Positions 30,361 to 40,553 of a stretch of 64,000 nt of DNA are shown piece after piece. The first letter of the stretch is position 1. Every line of letters begins with the position of its first letter. Origin of the DNA: Bacteroidota bacterium (GTDB lineage: Bacteria; Bacteroidota; Bacteroidia; UKL13-3); NCBI GenBank assembly GCA_947460345.1, contig CANHGM010000013.1, positions 18,610 through 82,609 of the forward strand. The letters are read 5' to 3'. The notes under the pieces are model-generated. The model had not been told where the DNA came from. It ran no database searches and was given only the letters and a program-made list of their open reading frames with translations. The translations under genes and the position numbers were made by a program.

Positions 30361-31233
30361 CTATTTAAACAAATTTTTTTTCTTATTTCTTAAATCTGAT
30401 CCCCAATTCATCTTTTTTTGCAACGTTTCAATATAGCTTTTATCGTTTATATTTAATAACTTAAAAGGATAGTCACATTTTCTAACTGCCATTTGAATAC
30501 TTGAATCTACTGTCATAGATCTTGAATCTAAAGATGCTAAAAAGTTAGAGCCTCTACTATCAACTTCAAATGATATGACAGAATTGTCAGGTACAATTAC
30601 AGGCCTAACATTTAAATGGTGAGGTGAAACAGGAGTGATTGAAAAACTATTAGATGATGGGAAAATAATGGGTCCACCACAACTTAAAGAATAACCCGTT
30701 GAACCTGTAGGGGTACTAATGATTATTCCATCTGCCCAATAACTATTCAGATAATCTCCATTTAAATAAGTATGAATTGTTATCATTGATGAAGTATCTT
30801 TTTTATGAACTACAAAATCATTTAACCCAATATTATATTGACCAAAAAGTTCGTTGTTAGTTTCTAAATACAACATGGATCTTTTTTCTATTTTGTAGCT
30901 TCCTTTGCTTATGTTTTTGATGATTAAATCCACTTCATTTTCATTCATAGTTGCTAGAAATCCCATTCGTCCTGTATTAATGCCTAATACAGGAATGTTT
31001 TTATCTTTTATATATAAAATCGTATCTAACAAAGTCCCGTCTCCTCCTATTGAAATTAAATAATCTGACTCTAGTTTTTCAATTGTATAAGCTGTAGATT
31101 TCAAATTAGAGTTTTGAGAGAGGCTTTCATTAATCTCAATCTCAATTGAATACTTTTCACAGGTATCAATAATTTGTTTAACAATCTTTAAAACTTCTTC
31201 ACTAAATTGTTTTGTATAAATAGCTATTTTCAT
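30361..31233 (-). CDS. nadK: NAD(+) kinase
   Basis: GGDGTLLDT motif and ATP-NAD kinase fold. 290 aa. Confidence 0.85.
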   Translation of the reverse strand: MKIAIYTKQFSEEVLKIVKQIIDTCEKYSIEIEINESLSQNSNLKSTAYTIEKLESDYLISIGGDGTLLDTILYIKDKNIPVLGINTGRMGFLATMNENEVDLIIKNISKGSYKIEKRSMLYLETNNELFGQYNIGLNDFVVHKKDTSSMITIHTYLNGDYLNSYWADGIIISTPTGSTGYSLSCGGPIIFPSSNSFSITPVSPHHLNVRPVIVPDNSVISFEVDSRGSNFLASLDSRSMTVDSSIQMAVRKCDYPFKLLNINDKSYIETLQKKMNWGSDLRNKKKNLFK

Positions 31234-31246
31234 CTTTTTAATTATT

Positions 31247-31966
31247 TTAATTCATTATAGAATGCAGAACTTCTATTGAGTTTATGCTTTTATTGTGTAA
31301 TGCGTGTGTTTTTAAATACAATATCAAATGATCTAACAATGCGGTTCGTTCTATATAACTCATATTGTTTTTTTCGACGAACCCATCTTGAAAATAAATA
31401 TTGTTTAAGCATTCACTCAGTCTTTTATCCATCACATGTTTTAATGTACTGCTTTGTGATTGAAAATGCCCATCATGAATATTGAAATAACAATACTCTT
31501 CGCTGTAATTTAATTTAGGCTTCACCCCTAATAAATTTAACAAATCTGTTAAGAATTTTATAGGGAAATTAGATATTTGTGATACCTCATCTAATTCTTT
31601 AATAACTTTGTCTAAATATACATAAAGTTTTTCATCTATATGGTGCTCGTGTACTGACTTAATGATTACTTCTGACATAAACATAACTATCCCCATTTTT
31701 TGAGGTAAAATGTATTTATCATTAGGCTGGTAATAAACTGCTACCTCTTTAATTTTTTGTAATTGTTCTGATTCCTTTTTATAGAATACAATTTCAACCA
31801 ATTGTAAGGGCATAAATAAAGAATGAGCGTTTTTAGAATTGCTTTTTTTTACTCCCATAGCTAAAAAAGACATTAGTCCTAATTGTTCTGTAAACATCTT
31901 TACTATTAACCCGCTATCACCGTAAGGATATGTTTTAAGAATAATTGCTTTGGACTTAATTAGCAT
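31247..31966 (-). CDS. recO: DNA repair protein RecO
   Basis: N-terminal OB-fold pattern KAIILKTYPYGDSGLIVKMFTEQLGLMSFLAMGVKKS, which aligns with the E. coli RecO N-terminus. 239 aa. Confidence 0.7.
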   Translation of the reverse strand: MLIKSKAIILKTYPYGDSGLIVKMFTEQLGLMSFLAMGVKKSNSKNAHSLFMPLQLVEIVFYKKESEQLQKIKEVAVYYQPNDKYILPQKMGIVMFMSEVIIKSVHEHHIDEKLYVYLDKVIKELDEVSQISNFPIKFLTDLLNLLGVKPKLNYSEEYCYFNIHDGHFQSQSSTLKHVMDKRLSECLNNIYFQDGFVEKNNMSYIERTALLDHLILYLKTHALHNKSINSIEVLHSIMN

Positions 31967-31990
31967 GATACAAAAGTAAATGTAATAATC

Positions 31991-32028
31991 AAAAAAAAAC
32001 CACCTACTTTAAGTAGATGGTTTTTTTT
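31991..32028 (-). terminator. Rho-independent (bidirectional) terminator after the 1561-aa gene
   Basis: About 11-bp stem (accacctactt/aagtagatggt, one G-U/mismatch) flanked by A9 and T8 runs. 20 nt after the stop at 32048. Confidence 0.55.
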
Positions 32029-32047
32029 ATAAAAATGTTATATCAAA

Positions 32048-35000
32048 TTATTTAATATCAACTATTCTTAATGAAAGTGTTTCTCCATTTGCTGTTAAGC
32101 GAATAGTATATACACCGCCAGATAACTGATTTCCAGTATTAATTGGTAACTGATAATTTCCTGCAGATTGTTTTGCGTTAAGCAAAGTAGCGATTTTTCT
32201 GCCTGTGATATCAAAGATTTCAATATTAATTAATGAAGATTCTGTTATCGTGTAATTCAATGTAGTATTTCCATTGTATGGATTTGGATATACTTCAATT
32301 CCATTTACTGAAGTTGAAATGCTTTGAATATTGCTATTGATTACAGTTGAAGTTGAACTGCTATCTTTACAAGAATTAGTATTTGTTACAATTAATTTTA
32401 CATTATATGTACCATTAGTTGCATAAATATGAATTGGGTTTTGTTGTGAGCTATTTGAAGCGTCTCCAAAGTCCCAATTATATGAATTCCCAGCAGCAAC
32501 ATCTGTTGCAGTAAATTGAACATTAGTACTTAAGCTTTGCAAACGTGATGAAGTGAATGCACCACTCGGAGCTGTTAATAATGATATTTTAATACTATCT
32601 CTTGAAACACAACCATTAGCATCTGTTACATCTACAAAATAAGTTCCAGCTGTATTTACTGAAATAGATTGAGTTGAAGCTCCAGTATTCCAAGCAAATT
32701 GTGAACCTTGACCTGCATCAATTGAAGCAGATGTACCAGGACAGTAACCTTTATCTGCACCTAAATTAACAGGCGTAACATTAAATATACTTACGTTAGC
32801 TGTATCAGAATTAACACAACCATTTGCATCTGTAACTTTTACCCAAACTGAACCAGCAGTTGAAGTAGAGAATGTAGAACTTGACGTTCCATCACTCCAT
32901 AAATATGAACTATAAGAACCGCCATTGAAATTTGCACTTGAATTTGGACAAATAGTTTGGTCACTTATAGAAGGTTTAGGTAAAGCGTTTACTTTAATAA
33001 AACGAGAAACAACTGTGTCACATCCTACTGCACTATCTTTTACTGATATCATTATAATATATATAGAGTCCGCTTCAGCATTTGTAGGAGAGAATGTTAA
33101 GGTTGCATTGGAAGCACCAGGTGCAGATACCGAATATGTTCCTAATGATGGTGTTGTTCCATTGATAGTTGCAATTGATAATGATTTAATAATCCATGTT
33201 GTACCAAAACCACCATTACCAAATTGCGTTGGTGGAGTTAATTCATATTTAACAGAACTACCAATACATACACCATCAGGATTTCCTGAGGTTCCATTAT
33301 TAAAATTACCATTATATGGATTGCCTTTAATAATACTTACACCCATTGGAGCAGGTGTGAATGCTACCGATATACTACCATTTCCTGAACAACCACCTGG
33401 AGTGATAACGTCAACTGAATAGTTACCTGCGTTCGTTACATTTATTTTTTGAGTTGTATCTCCAGTATTCCATAAATATTTATATCCAGCACCAAAGTTA
33501 CCTGCATCTAATGATACACTAGTTCCACCGCAAGCTGTAATATTTGAACCCAAATTAACTGTAGGGGCAGTATAAATATTTACTTGAATTGAATCTGTTG
33601 AGGTTAATCCAGTTATAAAATCAGTGATAGTTGCATAGTATAAACCAGTTGCATATGTATTTAATGTATCATATGTTGAACCTGTATTCCATTCTACTGA
33701 ATAATTAGCATTTGAAGTAGGATTTGCATTTAATAATACATCTGAACAACTAGAAGTATCAGGACCAAGATCAATAGTAGGTTTCTCAGCTATTAATACA
33801 TTGTCAATATCAACAAAATATGCAGTTGCTGAATTATCTATACTCAAGAATACTGCAGAAACATTACTACCTGCGTTATTTCCTAAATCATATACAAAAT
33901 CTTGGTATGAATTAAAATTAGTGTTATTAGAATTGATATTGAAAACTTGATTAAATGTTTTACCACAATCGAACGTCAAATAAACTGCTATCGAATCGTC
34001 TTGACCTAACTGAGAAGAAGCTCTGTAGCTAAATTTGAATACAGATTTCGAAGTTAATGGACCTACAATTGGAGTATTACCAAATGCAACTGGTCTTGCA
34101 GCTGTCATATTTGCTCTTAAGCATCTTGTTCCACCTACTCCTGTAATAGCAGAAGTTATCAAGTTGTTTGAAGTATAAGAAGCAGGAATATTAGCTGCTG
34201 TATTGAAATCTTCAATATAATCTTGTGTAATTGGTTGAACGGTATTGATGGTGAATTTAGAAGTATCGTTAAATGCATCGCTATCACCAGCAGTAACTGC
34301 ATAAATTAAGAAATCATATGAACTAGCTAAGCTGCTCAAATCTAATGTACCAGCAAAGTTTACTGTCATTGTATCATTAGGTGCCATAATTCCACTTGTG
34401 ATAATTGTATCTAAAGTTGCTGTAGTTCCTCCAGAAACATTTACTGTTACTTGTAAATTATGAACTGAGAAATCTAAAGTATCTGTACCAACATTTTCTA
34501 ATAAAACAGAAACTGGTTCTGCATTACTATAACAAGCATAGTCACCAGGTGCCGTAACACTTCTAATTCCAGCATCAATTGCGAAAGGATTAATCAATAT
34601 AATATCATAATCTTCAGTTTCACCAAAAGTAGCAGAAGCACAAGGATCAATATTAGTATTGTTAAATACTTCTCTTACTCTTAATATATTATATCCAGAA
34701 GTAACTCCTGTTGGAATTGTAAATGTGATACTTCCAGCGGTATTAGCTGCCATGTTATTTAGTTGTCCAAGTTTTTCACTAGCTTCAAATGTACCATTTA
34801 AGTTATAATCTATCCATGCAGCTATATTGTTTCCTGCACCATTATATGAACCAGGAGCCACATCTAATGAATATGTTTGACCAATTAACAAAGGAGAACC
34901 AGCACCTGAATAATAGTTATAATAAGGAGCCGCAGAAGCACCAGTTTGATTATTAATAGCATTAGCTAAAACTACACTAGAAATAAAATCGCCAGATCCA

Positions 35001-36733
35001 GAACCAGTAGTGTAAGTTGGCTTACAATAGCAATCAGCAATTTTCTTAGTGATAACTGTTACAGTACTTGAAGTATCAGTGTTTCCAGAACAAGTAATAT
35101 AACAACGGTATGATAAGTTTGAAGATTGAGTTGTAGCAAATGATGCTTTGGTTGCACCAGTTATATTAGTCCATGAAGTACCATTGCTAGAAGATTGCCA
35201 TTGATACGTTTGACCATTACCATAAGTATTTGAATTTAATGACAAATTGAAAACAGTAGCTGGACATACGCTATCTAATGAAGAAACTGCTGTACCTGCT
35301 GTAGGTGTTGCATTACATTGTGGTAGTCTGATGTAAACTAAATAATCTTCAGTTTCACCATATCCATAGTTTCCACAAGAATTTACTAAAGCTGGATTAG
35401 TTGTTTCCATTAACACTACACGTAATCTTGTAACACCATTTTCAGCACTTGATGGAATAAGAACAGAATCTCCAACTACATTACCGTAGGCAACAGTTGC
35501 TCGGCTATATGTTCTTTGTAACATTACTCTTTCAGAGCTTTCGTCAAATTGGCCATCTTGGTTATAATCTATATAAACTTTAGCATGGCAAGTATAGAAA
35601 GTAGCAGATGAATTGATTTGTGTAACTTGCATAAAATACTTTGAATTTGCATCAAAAGTATCAGGCGTCAAATTAGTGAAATCACTATATGTATTTACTG
35701 AAGTACTATTTGATAATGCAGGTAGAGAATCTAATCCATTTGAGAAATTTCCAAATATAAATCTTCCGATATCATCATCTAATGTACTGTTAGATGCTGA
35801 TTTGCAATAACAATTATAAAATGGATTTAAATATATTAGTTTAGATGATGCTGTATCAGCACTTCCGCTACATTCTGTATAAAATCTGTAGTAAGTATCT
35901 GCAGTTATTGAAACAGTTAACGTTTTTTTAGTTGCACCATTGATATTTGTCCAAGTAGTTCCATCGCTAGATGATTGCCATTGAAATGTTTGACCACTTC
36001 CAAAAGTACCACCTGAAACAGATAAATTTAAATTAATACCTGGGCAGATAGAATCTTTTTGACTAAAAACCGAACCAGCTGTAGGTGTACCTGAACACGG
36101 AGCCAATGTATCAATGGTAACTGTATAGTCATGTGCCATACCTGAACCCATAGCTAAACAAGCATCTCCTGAACCATTTTGATTTCCAGATAAACGAGTT
36201 CTAACTCTCATTCCTGTTTGACCTAACAAAGCATTAGCAGGAACTGTTATAGTATTTGTAGCTGCTTGATTTGCAGTACTAGAGGTAGTTATTTGAACCC
36301 ACTCAGAAGCATCAAAAGTACCACTTTGATCATAGTCAATCCAAACTGACATGATAGCTGAAGAACTTGAGGTTACACTAATTGTGTATGTGTTGAAATT
36401 AGTTGTTCTGTATAAGGTTGCGGTAGTATTACCGTTAGCACTATATGAATTTGTTCTACTCACACCATTACAGGTAGATACAGAATTATCCAAAGTTGTA
36501 CCTTGAATATTCACATTGGTAATCATGTCAGCTGTTGAACAGTTACCTCCATTGGTATGTGAGGCTGTACAATACTGAGCATTTGAAAAATTTGCAGTTA
36601 TTAAAACAAACATACATGCCATGAGCATTTTGTTGAGTGTTGTCCTAATTAACTTGCTTCTAAAAATAGAGTAATTAATTTTCATTTGTATTTTTATTAA
36701 ATTATAGGGTCTACAAAGGTAACTATAACTCAA
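32048..36733 (-). CDS. Large (1561 aa) secreted surface protein with GEVED motifs, a PKD domain and a T9SS type A C-terminal sorting domain
   Basis: C-terminal type-A CTD (EVYPNPYNGNTTLNYTI...GGVYTIRLTANGETLSLRIVDIK). GETEDY motifs at two sites (GYGETEDYLVYI, TFGETEDYDIIL). PKD core YNWDFGDASNSSQQNPIHIY. Duplicated module ...QWQSSSDGTTWTNINGATK... / ...QWQSSSNGTSWTNITGATK.... Probable true start at the internal MKINYS Met (about 36688), which gives a signal peptide. Confidence 0.8.
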   Translation of the reverse strand: MSYSYLCRPYNLIKIQMKINYSIFRSKLIRTTLNKMLMACMFVLITANFSNAQYCTASHTNGGNCSTADMITNVNIQGTTLDNSVSTCNGVSRTNSYSANGNTTATLYRTTNFNTYTISVTSSSSAIMSVWIDYDQSGTFDASEWVQITTSSTANQAATNTITVPANALLGQTGMRVRTRLSGNQNGSGDACLAMGSGMAHDYTVTIDTLAPCSGTPTAGSVFSQKDSICPGINLNLSVSGGTFGSGQTFQWQSSSDGTTWTNINGATKKTLTVSITADTYYRFYTECSGSADTASSKLIYLNPFYNCYCKSASNSTLDDDIGRFIFGNFSNGLDSLPALSNSTSVNTYSDFTNLTPDTFDANSKYFMQVTQINSSATFYTCHAKVYIDYNQDGQFDESSERVMLQRTYSRATVAYGNVVGDSVLIPSSAENGVTRLRVVLMETTNPALVNSCGNYGYGETEDYLVYIRLPQCNATPTAGTAVSSLDSVCPATVFNLSLNSNTYGNGQTYQWQSSSNGTSWTNITGATKASFATTQSSNLSYRCYITCSGNTDTSSTVTVITKKIADCYCKPTYTTGSGSGDFISSVVLANAINNQTGASAAPYYNYYSGAGSPLLIGQTYSLDVAPGSYNGAGNNIAAWIDYNLNGTFEASEKLGQLNNMAANTAGSITFTIPTGVTSGYNILRVREVFNNTNIDPCASATFGETEDYDIILINPFAIDAGIRSVTAPGDYACYSNAEPVSVLLENVGTDTLDFSVHNLQVTVNVSGGTTATLDTIITSGIMAPNDTMTVNFAGTLDLSSLASSYDFLIYAVTAGDSDAFNDTSKFTINTVQPITQDYIEDFNTAANIPASYTSNNLITSAITGVGGTRCLRANMTAARPVAFGNTPIVGPLTSKSVFKFSYRASSQLGQDDSIAVYLTFDCGKTFNQVFNINSNNTNFNSYQDFVYDLGNNAGSNVSAVFLSIDNSATAYFVDIDNVLIAEKPTIDLGPDTSSCSDVLLNANPTSNANYSVEWNTGSTYDTLNTYATGLYYATITDFITGLTSTDSIQVNIYTAPTVNLGSNITACGGTSVSLDAGNFGAGYKYLWNTGDTTQKINVTNAGNYSVDVITPGGCSGNGSISVAFTPAPMGVSIIKGNPYNGNFNNGTSGNPDGVCIGSSVKYELTPPTQFGNGGFGTTWIIKSLSIATINGTTPSLGTYSVSAPGASNATLTFSPTNAEADSIYIIMISVKDSAVGCDTVVSRFIKVNALPKPSISDQTICPNSSANFNGGSYSSYLWSDGTSSSTFSTSTAGSVWVKVTDANGCVNSDTANVSIFNVTPVNLGADKGYCPGTSASIDAGQGSQFAWNTGASTQSISVNTAGTYFVDVTDANGCVSRDSIKISLLTAPSGAFTSSRLQSLSTNVQFTATDVAAGNSYNWDFGDASNSSQQNPIHIYATNGTYNVKLIVTNTNSCKDSSSTSTVINSNIQSISTSVNGIEVYPNPYNGNTTLNYTITESSLINIEIFDITGRKIATLLNAKQSAGNYQLPINTGNQLSGGVYTIRLTANGETLSLRIVDIK

Positions 36734-36768
36734 TTAAACACAATAAAAATATTTTTTTAGTCCTAATA

Positions 36769-37212
36769 CTATTCGTCTGAATTTCGATTAATGTTTCTTT
36801 TAACTTCTCTCTCTTTAATCGCCTCTCGCTTGTCATAAGTCTTTTTACCTTTTGCTAAGCCTATGGTCATTTTTACAAATCCTGTTTCTGAAAAAAAAAT
36901 TTCTAAGGGTATAATGGTAATTCCTTTATCTTTTACTTTATTTAAAAGCTTTTTAATTTCGGTTTTTGTAAGTAATAATACTTTATCTCGCAATGGTGTA
37001 TGGTTGTTATAACTTCCTTGTTTCCATACTGAAATATGTAAATTTTTAACTATTAATTTGTTTTGAGAAAAGGTACAATAAGCATCTCCCATATTCACAT
37101 TTCCTAAACGTACTGATTTAACTTCAGTACCTGTCAACATGATTCCTGCATTATACTTATCCAATATTTCATATTCAAAATAAGCTCTTTTATTAACTAT
37201 TCTCTCATTCAT
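36769..37212 (-). CDS. smpB: SsrA-binding protein
   Basis: GIMLTGTEVKSVRLG motif and basic C-terminal tail. 147 aa. Confidence 0.85.
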   Translation of the reverse strand: MNERIVNKRAYFEYEILDKYNAGIMLTGTEVKSVRLGNVNMGDAYCTFSQNKLIVKNLHISVWKQGSYNNHTPLRDKVLLLTKTEIKKLLNKVKDKGITIIPLEIFFSETGFVKMTIGLAKGKKTYDKREAIKEREVKRNINRNSDE

Positions 37213-37217
37213 ATCTA

Positions 37218-38000
37218 TTAGTCAACTTGAATACTTTTTAGTCCAAAAACTTCAATTGCATTGGCTGAAGTTTGCATACAAATTTGCTTGACACTACAAC
37301 CATATATTTGTGACAGTGTCATCACTACTTCTTTTAAATAACTTGGCTCATTTCTTTTGCCTCTATACGGCACTGGCGATAAATATGGGGCATCGGTCTC
37401 TAGTACTATTCGTTCTAGTGGAATATTTTTAAGTGTTTCTCTGAGGTTGGTATTTTTATATGTAACAACTCCACCAATACCTATAGAAAATCCAAGCTTT
37501 ATAATTTCATTAGCTTCTTCAACTGATCCTGTAAAACAATGAAAAACCCCTCTTAATCCATCAAGTTTTTCTTTTTTAAGTAACTCTATTGCCCAAAAAG
37601 TAGCATCTCTTGTGTGCATAGATGTAGCAAGATTTAAAGTCTTAGCCCACTTGCATTGAGTAATAAAAGCATCTGCTTGTTGCTCTTTAAAACTCTTATC
37701 CCAAAATAAATCTAACCCTATCTCTCCTACAGCTATATATTTCCCTGAAAACAATTCTGCTTCAATTACCTTTAGGTCGTTCAAGTAATTATCATTTATC
37801 GAACAAGGGTGAATTCCCATCATTGGTAAGCAATTTTCAGGAAAAAGTAATTGATTTTGCTTTAACCTTTCAATACTTTCAACATCCACATTAGGCATCA
37901 ACATATACTTTACCTCATTGTTGATGGCTCTTGTTATCACTTCGACCCTATCTGTATCAAATTCTGGGTTGAAAGTATGTGTATGTGTATCTATAATCAA
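37218..38000 (-). CDS. TatD-family metal-dependent hydrolase (DNase)
   Basis: N-terminal IIDTHTHT motif. 260 aa TIM-barrel hydrolase pattern. Confidence 0.85.
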   Translation of the reverse strand: MIIDTHTHTFNPEFDTDRVEVITRAINNEVKYMLMPNVDVESIERLKQNQLLFPENCLPMMGIHPCSINDNYLNDLKVIEAELFSGKYIAVGEIGLDLFWDKSFKEQQADAFITQCKWAKTLNLATSMHTRDATFWAIELLKKEKLDGLRGVFHCFTGSVEEANEIIKLGFSIGIGGVVTYKNTNLRETLKNIPLERIVLETDAPYLSPVPYRGKRNEPSYLKEVVMTLSQIYGCSVKQICMQTSANAIEVFGLKSIQVD

Positions 38001-38014
38001 TGTATATATTTTCT

Positions 38015-39052
38015 TTAAACAGCCTTCCAGCCTTGTGCTTCTAATGGATACTCATTGTTATTTTTAGAAATCATTTTAACAGACCCATACTGATCAGTAC
38101 AATAACCAATGATATGAATATCTGAATTGAGTTTTAATTTCTCATAATCTACTTGTTTTATTGTAAACAATAATTCATAGTCTTCTCCTCCATTAGTTGC
38201 ACACATGGTTGCCTCAAGTCCAATATCTATACAAGGATTATACATCATAGGGTCAATTGGCAATTTATCTTCGTGTATCAACATACCACAACCAGATTGT
38301 TTGGCTAAATGATGTAATTCGCTTGACAGTCCATCGCTAATATCAATCATTGAAGTAGGAATAATATTACTTGAATTAAAAAACTCAATAATATCTTTTC
38401 TTGCTTCAGGTTTTAATTGTCTTTCTAATACATAATCTTTTCCTTCTAATTCAGGTTGAACTCCTGGGTTTTCCATATATATCTTTTTCTCTCTTATCAA
38501 ATATTGCAATCCAACAAATGCAGCCCCTAAATCACCTGAAACTGCAATCAAATCTCCTGCTTCCGCTCCTTTTCTATAGGTTATATCACTTTTTTTGGCT
38601 TTACCTATAGCAGTAATACTTATAGTTAATCCAGCCTGTGCACTTGAGGTATCACCTCCTACTAAATCTACATGATATATTTCACAAGCCAACCTAATAC
38701 CGCTATATAATTCTTCTAGTGCTTCTAAAGAAAAACGATTCGAAAACCCAATAGAAACTGTGACTTGTTGTGGTGTGCCGTTCATAGCATATATATCACT
38801 CAAATTTATAACAATGGCTTTATATCCCAAATGTTTAAGTGGCATATAGGCTAAATCAAAATGGATACCCTCTAACAACATATCTGTTGAAACCAACATC
38901 GCTTCTTCGGTGCCGGTATCTATAACAGCCGCGTCGTCACCTATCCCTGTAAGGGTATTTATTTGTGTATTGGTAAAATGTTGAGTTAAATGGTCTATTA
39001 ATCCAAACTCACCTAAGCTATTTATTTCTGTTCGTCCTGCATTTTCAAACAT
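38015..39052 (-). CDS. thiL: Thiamine-monophosphate kinase (AIR-synthase-related family)
   Basis: GEFGLIDHL...GIGDDAAVID...STDMLLEGIHF...GYKAIVINLSDIYAMNG, which matches the ThiL/PurM-like N-domain. 345 aa. Confidence 0.75.
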   Translation of the reverse strand: MFENAGRTEINSLGEFGLIDHLTQHFTNTQINTLTGIGDDAAVIDTGTEEAMLVSTDMLLEGIHFDLAYMPLKHLGYKAIVINLSDIYAMNGTPQQVTVSIGFSNRFSLEALEELYSGIRLACEIYHVDLVGGDTSSAQAGLTISITAIGKAKKSDITYRKGAEAGDLIAVSGDLGAAFVGLQYLIREKKIYMENPGVQPELEGKDYVLERQLKPEARKDIIEFFNSSNIIPTSMIDISDGLSSELHHLAKQSGCGMLIHEDKLPIDPMMYNPCIDIGLEATMCATNGGEDYELLFTIKQVDYEKLKLNSDIHIIGYCTDQYGSVKMISKNNNEYPLEAQGWKAV

Positions 39053-39102
39053 GATGCAAAGATAGTCAGAAAATAGAGTGTGGTCATTCTTAGGTTTAGT
39101 TT

Positions 39103-39137
39103 TAAAAAAAACGCCTTTTGTAATGTTAAAGGCGTTT
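39103..39137 (-). terminator. Rho-independent terminator closing the three-gene cluster 40943->39169
   Basis: 10-bp stem aaacgccttt/aaaggcgttt with a 9-nt loop. U8 follows on the minus strand. About 30 nt after the lipoprotein gene stop. Confidence 0.55.
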
Positions 39138-39168
39138 TAATTTAAAAGATTTGTAAAGTAATTCTTAC

Positions 39169-39558
39169 TTATGGCTTCACCCAAAAAGAGACTGATTGTG
39201 ATTGAATATTATCACTATGGTCTGATACTGTTACTGTTAATGTATATTTTTTTAAATAATCTATCGAAGCTATTTTAAAGTTCTTTTGAAATTTAAAGTT
39301 GTTTTGTTCATGTACATATGGGTTGTCAGTAAAGATATTATTACCCATACTATCAGTAACCACTACAGTACTTTCATGTAAATCTGTATTATCAGACATG
39401 TCAATATCTAATTTAATATCATTATATACAGAAAAGGTATCCGTTGAAATTGGTTTATTTATAGTGATAGATGGCTTTTCAGTATCTTTTTTAGAACAAG
39501 ATACAACATATATACTCAAGGTAATTATTGTTGTAAATATAATTTTTGAATTTTTCAT
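39169..39558 (-). CDS. Small lipoprotein of unknown function (129 aa, Ig-like/DUF4625-like by composition)
   Basis: Signal plus lipobox (LSIYVVSCSKK). Beta-rich, no catalytic motifs. Last gene of the terminator-bounded cluster. Confidence 0.45.
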   Translation of the reverse strand: MKNSKIIFTTIITLSIYVVSCSKKDTEKPSITINKPISTDTFSVYNDIKLDIDMSDNTDLHESTVVVTDSMGNNIFTDNPYVHEQNNFKFQKNFKIASIDYLKKYTLTVTVSDHSDNIQSQSVSFWVKP

Positions 39559-39576
39559 TTGTGTTTTTTTAATTTG

Positions 39577-40482
39577 TTAAAATAAATAATTTACTCCGAG
39601 CAATACTCGAGCATTACTATGGGTGTTTCCATTAGACAAATATTCATATATTGGTTTTTGAATATTTAAAGTTGCAGAAATGTTTTTATAATAAATATCA
39701 CACCCCAAAACAGCTTGAATTGAAGTTCCACCAGTATAATTTACAACACCTGTATTTCTTCTTTTATCGTCACTAGTGGCATTTAAAATAATAGAAGTGC
39801 TAGGTATTATTAATAGTTTATTTAATGAAAACCAGTATCCCAATTTTGCTAAACAACTCCAACGGTTGCCAAACTTATATCCATTTACATTATACGTATT
39901 TAATTTATAATTAGCCTCTGATTGAAAACTAATATTATTTTTTCTAATTGAATACAATGTACTTATAGGTAAATCAAAAGACCCGCTTCCAAGTTGTATA
40001 TTGGGGTTAAGAAGCAATTCGTTTTTTAGTACTTGAAATTTACCAGTAGGTATTTTTATTCCAGCGTTCAACATCCATAAATGTTTTAACCGCTTATTTT
40101 GAGTTGAGTTTACTAGTATATAATTAAACAACGCTGTAGCGTCTCCTATTCCCGAAACAGATGAAACAACTCCATTGTCCCAAACTTTATTTTGAATAAA
40201 AGGAATATTAATCAATACTTGAATTTTAATGTTTTTAGCATATCTACACCATATATCAGAAGATGTACTGGTGTTTATTGTTTTTGTAGAATGAATCACA
40301 GGCACAATTGATAGTTGTTCAGTTGTAAACTTTATGTGGCTATACCTTAAACCTATAAAACTTTTTTGTATTTGAGGCAAAGAACCCATAAAATTTGCAG
40401 CAGTTGAATAACCACACATATCGCATGCTTGTGCCATTCCACTTAAGCATAACAATGCCCATGTGAAATAATTTTTAAACAT
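39577..40482 (-). CDS. Putative outer-membrane beta-barrel transporter-like protein with an N-terminal CxxC motif
   Basis: Signal peptide cleaved at AQA-CDMCG. Alternating beta-strand pattern and aromatic C-terminal residue (…GVNYLF). Resembles the 'transporter'/MetA-pathway-like OM barrels of Bacteroidota. Family unverified. Confidence 0.4.
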   Translation of the reverse strand: MFKNYFTWALLCLSGMAQACDMCGYSTAANFMGSLPQIQKSFIGLRYSHIKFTTEQLSIVPVIHSTKTINTSTSSDIWCRYAKNIKIQVLINIPFIQNKVWDNGVVSSVSGIGDATALFNYILVNSTQNKRLKHLWMLNAGIKIPTGKFQVLKNELLLNPNIQLGSGSFDLPISTLYSIRKNNISFQSEANYKLNTYNVNGYKFGNRWSCLAKLGYWFSLNKLLIIPSTSIILNATSDDKRRNTGVVNYTGGTSIQAVLGCDIYYKNISATLNIQKPIYEYLSNGNTHSNARVLLGVNYLF

Positions 40483-40553
40483 AAATTTAATTAAATGATA
40501 TTGTGAAACTTATCTATAGTAATTTATAGATACTTTTTGTTTTCGTTTAATAT

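Noticed and set aside
32925-33422. 165-aa plus-strand ORF inside the 1561-aa GEVED gene
   Set aside because: Antisense to a gene with strong domain evidence. Its Pro/Val/Gly-rich composition is the mirror image of the sense strand's Thr/Asn/Gly codons.
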